From Bacteroidia bacterium (GTDB taxonomy: Bacteria; Bacteroidota; Bacteroidia; UBA4408), in contig JAYWFU010000052.1 of the NCBI GenBank assembly GCA_043778625.1, forward strand, positions 1,197 to 65,196: a DNA stretch of 64,000 bases. The letters run 5' to 3'. A program made the position numbers and the translations under genes. The notes below the pieces were generated by a model. That model searched no databases. It worked only from the letters and a program-made list of their open reading frames with translations, and was not told the origin of the DNA. This document shows positions 1 through 9,840 of this stretch, one piece after another. Every line of letters starts with the position of its first letter. Position 1 is the stretch's first letter.

Positions 1-11
1 CATTTCTATGT

Positions 12-1040
12 TTAACGGAGTTCTTTTTCAATATTTTGTGTAGCTTTTTTTCCTAAAACGTCATTTAAAAATTTAGGTTTTAAGCCATGCCCAGGTCTAA
101 TTGAACGCAGGTTTTTTAATGTGAAAATATCTCCTATTTTAACATCGTCTACAACATAAAGTGAGCGTGAAAATTGCCGATTTTTTTCAACTTTAGACGA
201 AATAACAATTTCACTTTTTCCCATTGCTTTTTCCATCAAGCGTACATTATCCACCATTGATTTAAACTCATTAGGCTCCATTGAAAACTCAGCATCTGCA
301 CCACCTAACGAGCGTTCTAAAATAAAATTTTTTTCAATTACAACACCTCCTAATGCAGTAGCACCTAGTGGCACTAACTCTCCTAATGTATGATCAGAAA
401 GACCAACTAAGCAATTAAATGTGCTTTGTAGTGTAGGTATTACATTTAGATTAACTTCTTCTAATGGGGTTGGATATGCTGAGGTACATTTGAGTAAAAT
501 AATTTGATTATTACCTTCCGCTCTACAAGCTTCAACAGCATCTATAATATCTTCTTCACGCGCAATACCTGTAGAAATAATTATTGGCTTTTGTTTTGAT
601 GCCGCATATTTTATTAACGGAATATCGGTTATTTCAAACGATGCTATTTTATAAGCGGGTACATTAAGAGTTTCTAAAAAATCAACCGCTTCAATATCAA
701 ACGGCGAAGAAAAAAATAGCATTCCTAAATCCTCTGTAATTTTTTTTAATGGGGCGTGCCATTCCCACGGAGTAAAGGTTTGAGAATATAATTCAAATAA
801 AGATTTACCATCCCACAATGTTCCGCCTTCAATCATAAAATCCTTTTTTTGAGAGTCTATTGTAATTGATTCTGGTTTTACTGTTTGTAGTTTAACACAA
901 TCAGCACCAGCTTTTTTCATAGCATGAATTGTTTGTACCGCTAAGTCAAAATTTTGTAAATGATTACAAGATAATTCTGCAATAATAAAAGAGGGTTCTC
1001 CAATTCCTACTTTTCGACTTCCTACATTAATTGTTTTCAT
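12..1040 (-). CDS. NeuB/PseI-family nonulosonic acid (pseudaminic/legionaminic/N-acetylneuraminic acid) synthase
   Basis: 342 aa. N-terminal 'GEPSFIIAELSCNHLQNFDLA' TIM-barrel signature of NeuB-type synthases and a C-terminal SAF/antifreeze-like domain. Lies next to PseG-like and acetyltransferase genes. Confidence 0.85.
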   Translation of the reverse strand: MKTINVGSRKVGIGEPSFIIAELSCNHLQNFDLAVQTIHAMKKAGADCVKLQTVKPESITIDSQKKDFMIEGGTLWDGKSLFELYSQTFTPWEWHAPLKKITEDLGMLFFSSPFDIEAVDFLETLNVPAYKIASFEITDIPLIKYAASKQKPIIISTGIAREEDIIDAVEACRAEGNNQIILLKCTSAYPTPLEEVNLNVIPTLQSTFNCLVGLSDHTLGELVPLGATALGGVVIEKNFILERSLGGADAEFSMEPNEFKSMVDNVRLMEKAMGKSEIVISSKVEKNRQFSRSLYVVDDVKIGDIFTLKNLRSIRPGHGLKPKFLNDVLGKKATQNIEKELR

Positions 1041-1959
1041 AGTTTAGTAATTTTTTATAACACTCTGGGATTATTGATTTAAAAGGCTTTTTTGTAAAAA
1101 ATTTAATTCCTCTTCTACGTAAATAATCTCTAAAATCTTCCTCTTCTTCCATTAACTCACCCGAAGTCTCCATTGTATCTAGTTTAAAAACAACATTGTT
1201 ACACGCTATAGTAAATTCTTGCTCGTTAAATATAATTTTAGTGGTTAAATATTTAAATATTTTTTGATTTTCGTATTCCTTAATTATCTCTTTTACAAGT
1301 ATGTGATTTTTCTCTTTATTATGAATTGGATAATAATTTTCTTTAATAATTTTTACAGGAATACCAGCAGCTAAACACCCATCAGGTAAGTTTTTGTTAA
1401 TTAAAGTATTTACTCCTATTACAACATTATTTCCAATAATCGTGTTTGCTAACACCGTACTTTTTGCAGGAAGCCAAACATTACTACCAATATTTACCTC
1501 TCCAAATTGTGCTGGAAAACCCTTTAATACAGGAGGAAATGAACCATGTGTCCACACATCTACATATTCTCCAATTCCCACGTCGTCTCCAATAGTTATA
1601 GGGTAGTTTATATTAAGTTTTACATAAGCACAAATCATACAATGTTTCCCTACTGTTAACCTAGAGTTATAACTTAATTTCCCGCCATGTCCAACCACTA
1701 CGTTTGAGTCTAAAAACAAATATTCTCCAAACGAGCAACTCAATCCTGTAATATCATTTTTATGCCCAAAAATCGAGTTGTCATCTATTTTTAAATACTC
1801 TCCTATTAAAAAAGAATTATCGTTACCAATAACTACATCATTACCAATAATACACTTTGTGGCTCGTATAATATTGTTTTTACCAATTTTAAAATTGGTG
1901 CCAATAATTAACTCTTCTCCTATAAAGTAAGATGAATTACCTAAATCAATTTTTTTCAT
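1027..1959 (-). CDS. Hexapeptide-repeat (left-handed beta-helix) sugar acetyltransferase with ~100-aa C-terminal extension
   Basis: 310 aa. Repeated [LIV]-G-x-x-x-x hexapeptides (IGNNVVIG, IGDDVGIG, IGSNVWL...). 14-nt overlap with upstream gene suggests translational coupling. Confidence 0.7.
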   Translation of the reverse strand: MKKIDLGNSSYFIGEELIIGTNFKIGKNNIIRATKCIIGNDVVIGNDNSFLIGEYLKIDDNSIFGHKNDITGLSCSFGEYLFLDSNVVVGHGGKLSYNSRLTVGKHCMICAYVKLNINYPITIGDDVGIGEYVDVWTHGSFPPVLKGFPAQFGEVNIGSNVWLPAKSTVLANTIIGNNVVIGVNTLINKNLPDGCLAAGIPVKIIKENYYPIHNKEKNHILVKEIIKEYENQKIFKYLTTKIIFNEQEFTIACNNVVFKLDTMETSGELMEEEEDFRDYLRRRGIKFFTKKPFKSIIPECYKKLLNYENN

Positions 1960-3456
1960 TTTGAGAATTTAAATTCATAGTTATTGTACTTTTCTTTATT
2001 TATAGACACTTCGCTTGTTTTTTTGAAAAATATTTTTTCAAAAACTTTATTCAACGCAACATTAGATTGCTTTACTTGTGCTAAAAATTTAACTTTTGGG
2101 AATATGGTTTTAAGACTCCAAATAGCAGTTGTAAGCATAACCTCTCCGTATCCTTGTTTGCGAAATTTTACATCAATAGAATAATCTATTTCCGCACAGT
2201 TATTTACAATATCAAAGCGTACCTGACCTAGTGGTATATTGTTTTTTTCAAAAAAATACAATAGCGTTTTATCTGAATTTAATCGCGCTAAAAACCAAGT
2301 AGAATGACTTTCTAAAGTTATTAGATTTTGATTTATTGAGTTTTCTCTAACCTGTTGCTCATTTACCCAATTAAAATAGGTAGTTAAGTCGTTTTCTTGT
2401 GCTAGTCTTGCTTTGAGATTTCTTTCTTTTTCTAAATTTTCAAAAATTGAAACAATATTTTGTTGTGAATTACCTGAAAAAAATAAAGAGCGATGTTCTA
2501 AATATTTTGTGTAATTATTTATAATTCTAAAATTAGCGCATATTTTGCTTAAATTACTTATTCTAAATGCAAGGTTATTTTTCAGAAAATAAGAATAATT
2601 ATTTTTTTGATTATCTGCTGTTTTATACAAAAACAAAACACCTCCCACTGTAGCATATTCATACGATACAGTACTTGCAGAACAAATACCAACTGAAAAG
2701 TGTTGCATTAGTTCACACATTTTTTCTTCAGAAATGTTTTTGTGTACATTAATTTTAACATTAGGGTACTTGGTAATACAGGAATTTAACTCGTTGGTAA
2801 ATTTATAACAGCTTCCTATTACAATATCTATTTGTGTTATATCCTTTATCTTTAAGCATTGCTTTAGTGCTTTTAGTGTATAATTATAGATGTCAGTTCC
2901 TCCTAAATTTATGAAAGCACTTTTCATATCAAGTTGTTTAAAAGATTGTGCTGAATTATAAAAAAAAGATTGCCTAAGTATACTGTATTTTGTACCTAAA
3001 TACAAGCGAGTATAATGTTCTACTGAGTATTTTTTATTAGTAATTCCTCCACCATGATTAATGATAATATCAGCAACAAAATGACGGTTAAATAAATCAT
3101 CTATACAAACTAATTTAAAGCTATTTTCTTTTAAAATTTGCTCGTAGTTTGTATCAAAATTATAACAGTCAATAACTATTATGTCGTTTTTACTTAACAC
3201 ATGCCGAGCTATAAAAATAGCTTCATCAGCTATATTATCAAAAACAGGGATTTCAATTGTCTTACTACAAACTAACGGTATTTTGTTTGAGTAAAAATTC
3301 ATCAGTATGGCGTGTTAAAAATATACAATCAAACTTATTATTAATCATACTTGCTAAGCTAAGTAAGCGCATAACATCATGCCCATATCCTGTAGATGAA
3401 TTGCCATCTGCACGAAAAAAAACTTTATTGTTCTTTAATGCGGAATTAATTTCCAT
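1956..3456 (-). pseudogene. PseG-like UDP-sugar hydrolase fused to a C-terminal GNAT N-acetyltransferase (PseH-like); frame interrupted near 3265-3302
   Basis: The 63-aa ORF 3265..3456 ('VFFRADGNSSTGYGHDVMRLLSLA') matches the PseG N-terminus. The 448-aa ORF 1956..3302 continues the PseG fold and ends in a GNAT domain ('RFDIVNNCAEIDYSIDVKFRKQGYGEVML'). The two are in different frames with a 38-nt overlap, i.e. a single-base frameshift or sequencing indel. Confidence 0.6.
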
Positions 3457-4078
3457 AATCTGAATTAGGACGAACCAACTCTATACCTTTTTCAGCGAGT
3501 TCGTTAAGAGCTTGTGTAGTTAAGGGAGAATTTTTCATATTCAACTTAACGGGCTCAGCTTTGTTCATATACTCGTTTATATAACGGTCTAATTCAGGTC
3601 CTTTTTTAGCAAAAGAACATGCCGCTAAAATTCGTTCTTGAGACTCGTCAACTTTTAAAAACGAGGGGACAAATCTTTCAAAATAATCTAATACAAAATT
3701 CGGGAATAATTTTAAACGTACAGCATTACCGCTATGTAAAGTTCTCAAATTCCAAATTGCAAAATCTCCAACCTCAATATCTAATAATACTGATTTACCA
3801 GTTTTATTTTTGTGAGAACCTTGCTTAACTTTTAAACCGCCACTATAATTTTTGTGGTCTTGTGTATATATTCCAAAGCGCACAATTGGATAATCTCCCT
3901 TCCAGTCATCACCTTTATTAAATTCTCTATCTACATTATCTCTATGAAACCCTCTAAAACCAACACCAAACTGAAATGCACTATCTCCAAAATATACGAT
4001 TTCTTGCCCTAACAATTGCCTAACAATATTTAAAATTCGGTCATCTAAAAGCATTGGTCTAATTAAGTCCTTACTCAT
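3446..4078 (-). CDS. Phytanoyl-CoA dioxygenase (PhyH)-like 2OG/Fe(II) oxygenase, C-terminal portion; an upstream in-frame TGA separates it from the likely true N-terminus at 4261
   Basis: 210 aa with 'GFHRDNVD' (HxD iron ligands) and a later 'LHSG' His. The same frame continues through a TGA at 4130..4132 into 43 codons starting at an ATG at 4259..4261 ('MDTINKQKFEEDGYFLVKNLF', a typical PhyH N-terminus). Confidence 0.6.
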   Translation of the reverse strand: MSKDLIRPMLLDDRILNIVRQLLGQEIVYFGDSAFQFGVGFRGFHRDNVDREFNKGDDWKGDYPIVRFGIYTQDHKNYSGGLKVKQGSHKNKTGKSVLLDIEVGDFAIWNLRTLHSGNAVRLKLFPNFVLDYFERFVPSFLKVDESQERILAACSFAKKGPELDRYINEYMNKAEPVKLNMKNSPLTTQALNELAEKGIELVRPNSDYGN

Positions 4079-4355
4079 TAAATTACCTCTTAATCCACGG
4101 GCATTTTTATTTTTTATATTAAATACTAATCATTTTTTAGTATCAATTTCGTATTGTGCGTAACAGTTTTTTCTAAATATATTAACTTCTTCTTTAGTAA
4201 ATAAATTCTTTACTAAAAAATAACCATCTTCCTCAAATTTTTGTTTGTTAATTGTGTCCATTACAATTTTTTTTGTTCAATGTGTTTATTTATTGCTACT
4301 AAGTTAGGGTGTGTAAAGTAGTAGTTGTTTTACTTGTGTGCGAGTTAAATAAATG

Positions 4356-5087
4356 TTACCATTTTCGGGCTTCTAGTACTAAGCGAGCTAAGAGTATAAA
4401 TACTGCCGCAAGGCTTGCAAAATAAATAATATCGCGGGTATCAATAACGCCACGGCTTAACGATAGGTAATGTTGATTAATGCTCAAGGCGTAAAATAAG
4501 CCATCGAGATGAGCATCAACTAACAATTCGGCTACATAATCGAGCCCTGTATACGTTACAAAACATAGTAATAGTGCCGTTAAAAAAGCAATGATTTGAT
4601 TATCGGTTATGGCACTTGCAAATATACCAATAGCCACAAATCCAACTGATAGTAACACTAAACCAAGATACGAACCCCACGTGGCTCCTCCATCTAAATT
4701 ACCCTGCGGGAACCCCAAGTGATGTACTGAATAATAATATACCAAAGTAGGTAGTAACGCTATAATTACCAAGGTTACTCCTGCCCAAAATTTAGCTAAT
4801 ACTATGGTTAATTCGCTCAGGGGCTTTGTTACTAATAGCTCTAGTGTACCTAATTTTTTTTCGTCGGCAAAGGCACGCATAGTTATAGCAGGTATCAAAA
4901 ACATAAATACCCATGGAGCCATAGCAAATAAGGTGTCCATGTTGGCATAGCCTGCATCTAACAAATTACTTTCGCCCGGAAACACCCACATAAACAAACC
5001 TAGTAGTACAATAAATACTATCATTACCACGTAGCCAATAAGAGAGTTTAAAAAACTTTTTACCTCTTTACTATATAACGAATACAT
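4356..5087 (-). CDS. gldF: Gliding-motility ABC transporter permease GldF (ABC-2 family)
   Basis: 243 aa, six predicted TM segments. Global resemblance to Bacteroidetes GldF (sequence 'MYSLYSKEVKSFLNSLIGYVVMIVF...'; GldF is ~241 aa). Confidence 0.75.
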   Translation of the reverse strand: MYSLYSKEVKSFLNSLIGYVVMIVFIVLLGLFMWVFPGESNLLDAGYANMDTLFAMAPWVFMFLIPAITMRAFADEKKLGTLELLVTKPLSELTIVLAKFWAGVTLVIIALLPTLVYYYSVHHLGFPQGNLDGGATWGSYLGLVLLSVGFVAIGIFASAITDNQIIAFLTALLLCFVTYTGLDYVAELLVDAHLDGLFYALSINQHYLSLSRGVIDTRDIIYFASLAAVFILLARLVLEARKW

Positions 5088-5098
5088 TGGATTTTGCT

Positions 5099-6226
5099 TT
5101 AGTAATTAATTACCTGCTCCTCAATATCCACAGGTATTGCACGAGGTTCGTATTGTTGTGTACGTAGCTGTGGTTCGTAACCTGCCTCACGTATAGCCTC
5201 TTGTATGGTTTTGTACGTAAAGCGGTGTGGCGCACCTGCGGCCGACACCACGTTTTCTTCAATCATAATACTACCAAAATCGTTAGCGCCTGCTTTTAAG
5301 CACAATTGCGCCGTTTGCTTGCCTACCGTTAACCATGAGGCTTGTATGTTGTCAATGTTAGGTAACATCATGCGGCTAAGTGCTATCATGCGTATGTATT
5401 CGTCGGCACTTACGGTGTTTTTAATTCCTTTTAATCGGTTTAATAAAGTACCATCGTCCTGAAACGGCCATGGAATAAAAGCAATGAAGCCTTTGCTACT
5501 AGCAGGTTTTTCGCTTTGTACTTGGCGTATCCATGCCAAATGTTCAAAACGTTCGTAGATAGTTTCTACGTGTCCAAACATCATGGTGGCCGATGTGGTA
5601 ATGTTTAATTTATGTGCTGCGCGCATCACGTCCAGCCACTCCTGCCCTCCGCATTTACCCTTACTTATTAGCCTGCGCACACGATCGTTGAGTATTTCGG
5701 CACCTGGACCAGGTAAGCTATCTAATCCTGCAGCTTGTAGTGCCGCTAATACTTCGGTGTGAGTTTTACCTTCGAGTTTAGCAATGTGTGCCACTTCTGG
5801 CGGGCCCAGCGAATGTAGTTTTAAATTAGGATATAGTTGTTTTAATTCTTTAAACAAACCTACGTAATACGCCAAATTCAAGTCAGGGTGGTGCCCTCCT
5901 TGCAACAATAATTGCTCACCACCGTACTTAAATGTCTCTTCAATTTTTTGTTTGTAGGTTTCAATACTTGTAATATACGCTTCAGTATGCCCTGGTATAC
6001 GGTAAAAATTACAAAATTTACAATTGGCTATACACACGTTGGTAGTGTTTAAATTTCTATCAATAATCCAAGTAACATTTTTAGAATTGTTTTTTTTAAC
6101 ATTACGCAACGTATGCGCAACGTGCATTAAATCCGCCGTTGGGGCGTGTTCAAATAAATATACACCCTCTTCAATAGTTAAAAATTCGAAGTTAAGGGCT
6201 TTAGTGTATAGTTGCGAAAGTTGCAT
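5099..6226 (-). CDS. Radical SAM enzyme of the CofH/MqnC/MqnE family (futalosine-pathway menaquinone biosynthesis)
   Basis: 375 aa. 'CIANCKFCNF' CxxxCxxC radical-SAM cluster motif in the position typical of MqnC/MqnE. Length and C-terminal region match that family. MqnC and MqnE cannot be told apart by eye. Confidence 0.7.
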   Translation of the reverse strand: MQLSQLYTKALNFEFLTIEEGVYLFEHAPTADLMHVAHTLRNVKKNNSKNVTWIIDRNLNTTNVCIANCKFCNFYRIPGHTEAYITSIETYKQKIEETFKYGGEQLLLQGGHHPDLNLAYYVGLFKELKQLYPNLKLHSLGPPEVAHIAKLEGKTHTEVLAALQAAGLDSLPGPGAEILNDRVRRLISKGKCGGQEWLDVMRAAHKLNITTSATMMFGHVETIYERFEHLAWIRQVQSEKPASSKGFIAFIPWPFQDDGTLLNRLKGIKNTVSADEYIRMIALSRMMLPNIDNIQASWLTVGKQTAQLCLKAGANDFGSIMIEENVVSAAGAPHRFTYKTIQEAIREAGYEPQLRTQQYEPRAIPVDIEEQVINY

Positions 6227-6357
6227 GTTAAAATTAGTTTTAGTTTGTATTATTTAATGTAAAATACTAATGATATTTGACGATGTAAATATATTTTTTA
6301 TACTATTGTGAAACACAATAATTTTAAGAATAATTTTAGTACTACTATATTCACACA

Positions 6358-7437
6358 ATGGAAAACGAACAATTACCCAAAATAGGTATAAGCATAGGCG
6401 ATGTAAACGGAATAGGAATGGAAGTAACCATAAAATCGCTGTTAAATAAAGAAATTAACAAAACGTTTACCCCAATAGTATACGGTAGTAGTAAATTGGC
6501 TACTTTTTTTAAAAAAGAAATGCACCTTAACGATTTTAACTTTGCACTAGCTAAAGACCATAGCCAAATAAATCCTAAGCAAAGTAATATGCTGAATGCT
6601 TGGGATAATGAAATTAAAATAGAGCTCGGACAAGAAACTCCAATAGGTGGCGAGTACGCCATAAAATCGTTGCGTGCAGCGGTGGCCGACCTCAAAGCCA
6701 ACAAAATTGATGCACTGGTAACAGCACCCATTAACAAAAGTAATGTGCAAAGTAGTACGTTTAACTACAAAGGACATACTGATTATTTAGCCGCTGAATT
6801 TAACGTAGGCGATAATTATGCAATGATGCTGGTAAGCGATAAACTACGTGTATCGCTTATTACGGAGCATGTGCCACTATCGGAAGTGAGCAAAAATATT
6901 TCTATCGAAAAAATTGTAGCCAAAATAACAGTGATTAACGAGTCGCTTAAAAAAGATTTTTTAATCCCTCGCCCGCTCATAGCATTACTTGGGCTTAACC
7001 CACATGCGGGCGACAAAGGTCTGCTAGGTAAAGAGGAATTACAAATTATACTACCCGCTATTGAGTTGCTCAAACAAAAAGGAATTATGTGTTTTGGCCC
7101 TTATAGTGCCGATGGTTACTGGGCTAACAGCACTTACACTAAGTTTGACTGTACGGTAGCCATGTATCACGACCAAGGCTTAATACCGTTTAAACAACTT
7201 TGTTTTGATAACGGAGTAAATTTTACGGCAGGCTTACCCATAGTGCGTACATCGCCCGACCACGGCACAGCCTACGACATTGCCCCTAAATTTATTGCTG
7301 ATGAGAACAGTATGCGCCAAGCATTGTACACTGCCGTAGATATAGTTAAAAACAGAGCCCTACACGCCGAATGGACTAGCAATACCTTAGTCCCCAACCC
7401 ACGCTTGAGCCAACGAATAACTAACGCAAGGGAATAA
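6358..7437 (+). CDS. pdxA: 4-hydroxythreonine-4-phosphate dehydrogenase PdxA
   Basis: 359 aa. 'GDVNGIGMEV', 'LGLNPHAGD', 'RTSPDHGTAYDIA' PdxA signatures. Confidence 0.9.
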   Translation: MENEQLPKIGISIGDVNGIGMEVTIKSLLNKEINKTFTPIVYGSSKLATFFKKEMHLNDFNFALAKDHSQINPKQSNMLNAWDNEIKIELGQETPIGGEYAIKSLRAAVADLKANKIDALVTAPINKSNVQSSTFNYKGHTDYLAAEFNVGDNYAMMLVSDKLRVSLITEHVPLSEVSKNISIEKIVAKITVINESLKKDFLIPRPLIALLGLNPHAGDKGLLGKEELQIILPAIELLKQKGIMCFGPYSADGYWANSTYTKFDCTVAMYHDQGLIPFKQLCFDNGVNFTAGLPIVRTSPDHGTAYDIAPKFIADENSMRQALYTAVDIVKNRALHAEWTSNTLVPNPRLSQRITNARE

Positions 7438-7447
7438 GTTTTTAATA

Positions 7448-8674
7448 GTGACACTAAAGCAAAACATACCCTTTCGTTTTTATATTGTAGCGCGCTTATG
7501 TATTATGCTTGCGTTACATATACAAATGACTATTGTGGGCCTACAACTATATTACGAATATGACCGAAGTGCTTACGCATTGGGGTTGTTAGGTTTGTTT
7601 GAAGCTGCACCATTCATCATATTATCCTTGTTTAGTGGCTATATTGCTGATAAATACAACCGTAAAACAATATGGCTATTGGCTATTACTGGTTTTTTGT
7701 TAGCATCGTTTTTTTTATGGGCTACCACTAACCATATTATTAGTTTTTCGTTATTGCAAGGTAAAGAAATACTATACGCTGTTACATTTTTCTTAGGTAT
7801 ACTTAGGGCATTCACAGCATCAGCAGTGCCTCCATTATTATCACAAATAGTATCTCGCGAAAACATTACTGTAGCCTCTACCTGGAGTGCTACCTCGTGG
7901 TACATAGGCGGTATAGCAGGGCCTGCGGTAGGTGCTTATTTATATGGTACTACAGGCGCATCGATTTCGTATCAATTAAACTGTGTATTGTTTGCCATGG
8001 GTATAGTATTAATTATGTGTATAAAAGCTGGTACACAAATAAAGTCCGATAGTCGCGAGCCAATATTTACAAGCATTGCGCAAGGTTTTAAATTTGTACT
8101 AAGTAATAAAATTGTATTAGGCGCTATGTCTTTGGATATGTTAGGCGTATTGTTTGGCGACGCTATTGCACTGCTGCCCGTATTTAGCGATAAGGTATTA
8201 CACCTTGCACCCCAATATTATGGCTACCTGCGCATGGCACCTACCTTGGGTGCGCTTATTACTTCATTGGCATTAACACGTTATTCGCCACTAAACAATA
8301 CGGGTAATAAGTTATTAATATGTATGGCGTGTTTTGGAGCATTAAACATTGTAATGGGATTAAGTACGCAATACTACACCACATTCATTGTGCTGTTTTT
8401 AGCTGGCATGGCTGATAATGTTAGCGTAGTTATACGCCATAGCATAATGCAGTTAATGACTCCTGATGGTATGCGAGGCAGGGTATCAGCCATTAATAGT
8501 ATTTTTATAGGCTCGAGTAACGAAATTGGTGCTTACGAATGCGGGCTAGTGGCTCGTTTAATAGGTTTAGTACCCGCTATAGTGTTTGGTGGTAGCATAA
8601 CCATAGTGGTAGCAGTAGTTATAGCTATTGTAGTACCTACGTTGCGTAGGTTTGAATTAAAAAACCACATTTAA
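7448..8674 (+). CDS. MFS transporter
   Basis: 408 aa, ~12 TM helices, 'GYIADKYNRKT' MFS loop 2-3 motif. Confidence 0.75.
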   Translation: MTLKQNIPFRFYIVARLCIMLALHIQMTIVGLQLYYEYDRSAYALGLLGLFEAAPFIILSLFSGYIADKYNRKTIWLLAITGFLLASFFLWATTNHIISFSLLQGKEILYAVTFFLGILRAFTASAVPPLLSQIVSRENITVASTWSATSWYIGGIAGPAVGAYLYGTTGASISYQLNCVLFAMGIVLIMCIKAGTQIKSDSREPIFTSIAQGFKFVLSNKIVLGAMSLDMLGVLFGDAIALLPVFSDKVLHLAPQYYGYLRMAPTLGALITSLALTRYSPLNNTGNKLLICMACFGALNIVMGLSTQYYTTFIVLFLAGMADNVSVVIRHSIMQLMTPDGMRGRVSAINSIFIGSSNEIGAYECGLVARLIGLVPAIVFGGSITIVVAVVIAIVVPTLRRFELKNHI

Positions 8675-8840
8675 TTTTTTCAGTTAAATTATTAATTCTC
8701 ACATTATATCTTAATAAATAATATGTTAATAATTATTCCGCTACTTATCACTATTTAAACAAAAATAACATGGCAGTATTCATTTTTTAATTTTAATTTA
8801 GCACATAAATTAATAATCATTTTAAACAAAAAAATAACTC

Positions 8841-9716
8841 ATGGCAGTATTAGTAAACAAAAAATCAAAACTTATAGTTCAGGGTTTTACAGGTAGCGAA
8901 GGAACTTTTCATGCTGAGCAAATGATAGCTTACGGCACGCAACTAGTAGGTGGCGTTACGCCAGGCAAAGGCGGACAGGAGCATTTGGGCAAACCCGTAT
9001 TTAATACTGTAGCCGATGCTGTAACTAAAACAGGCGCTGACACTTCAATTATATTTGTACCGCCAGCATTTGCAGCCGATGCAATTATGGAAGCTGCTGA
9101 TGCAGGCATTAAAGTTATAGTATGTATTACTGAGGGTATACCTACCAAAGATATGATTGCTGCTAAAGCTTATTTAACAGGTAAAGATTGCCGCTTAGTT
9201 GGCCCTAACTGCCCAGGTATTATTACTGCCGACGAAGCCAAAGTAGGCATTATGCCAGGCTTTGTATTTAAAAAAGGACGTATTGGTATTGTATCGAAAT
9301 CGGGTACATTAACCTACGAAGCGGCTGACCAAGTGGCTAAGGCCGGTATGGGTATATCAACCGCTATTGGTATTGGTGGCGACCCTATTATTGGTACAAC
9401 TACTAAAGAAGCTGTTGAACTATTAATGAACGACCCTGAAACCGACGCAATAATAATGATAGGCGAAATAGGCGGAAGTCTTGAAGCCGAAGCTGCTCGC
9501 TGGGTTAAGGCTGACGGTAACCGCAAACCAGTAGTAGGCTTTATAGCTGGACAAACTGCGCCACCAGGGCGCCGTATGGGTCATGCTGGGGCTATTGTTG
9601 GTGGGGCTGACGATACTGCTGCTGCTAAAATGCAAATTATGCGCGATAACGGAATTCATGTTGTGGATAGCCCTGCACAAATTGGTGCTACTATGGCTAA
9701 AGCTATGAATATGTAA
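8841..9716 (+). CDS. sucD: Succinyl-CoA synthetase alpha subunit
   Basis: 291 aa. '[12 protein letters not shown]', 'SKSGTLTYE', '[12 protein letters not shown]', 'GHAGAI' (phosphohistidine loop). Confidence 0.95.
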   Translation: MAVLVNKKSKLIVQGFTGSEGTFHAEQMIAYGTQLVGGVTPGKGGQEHLGKPVFNTVADAVTKTGADTSIIFVPPAFAADAIMEAADAGIKVIVCITEGIPTKDMIAAKAYLTGKDCRLVGPNCPGIITADEAKVGIMPGFVFKKGRIGIVSKSGTLTYEAADQVAKAGMGISTAIGIGGDPIIGTTTKEAVELLMNDPETDAIIMIGEIGGSLEAEAARWVKADGNRKPVVGFIAGQTAPPGRRMGHAGAIVGGADDTAAAKMQIMRDNGIHVVDSPAQIGATMAKAMNM

Positions 9717-9765
9717 TGTATTGCCCTAAGCTGGTATAAATACAATTATTTTTAATAATAAAAAA

Positions 9766-9800
9766 GTCCCTTACCCAAATTGTGTAAGGGACTTTTTTAT
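9766..9800 (+). terminator. Rho-independent terminator after sucD
   Basis: Stem gtcccttac / gtaagggac (9 bp) with 9-nt loop, followed by TTTTTT. Confidence 0.7.
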
Positions 9801-9840
9801 TTAATTTCACCTACTCTAAATTTAATACAACCCAACTACA

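Noticed and set aside
1394-1606. Small ORFs (1394..1606, 1984..2184, 3257..3463, 3619..3828, 5205..5462, 6024..6257, 6351..7073) antisense to or overlapping confident genes
   Set aside because: Embedded in confidently assigned genes, with no independent motif support. Likely spurious in AT-rich DNA.
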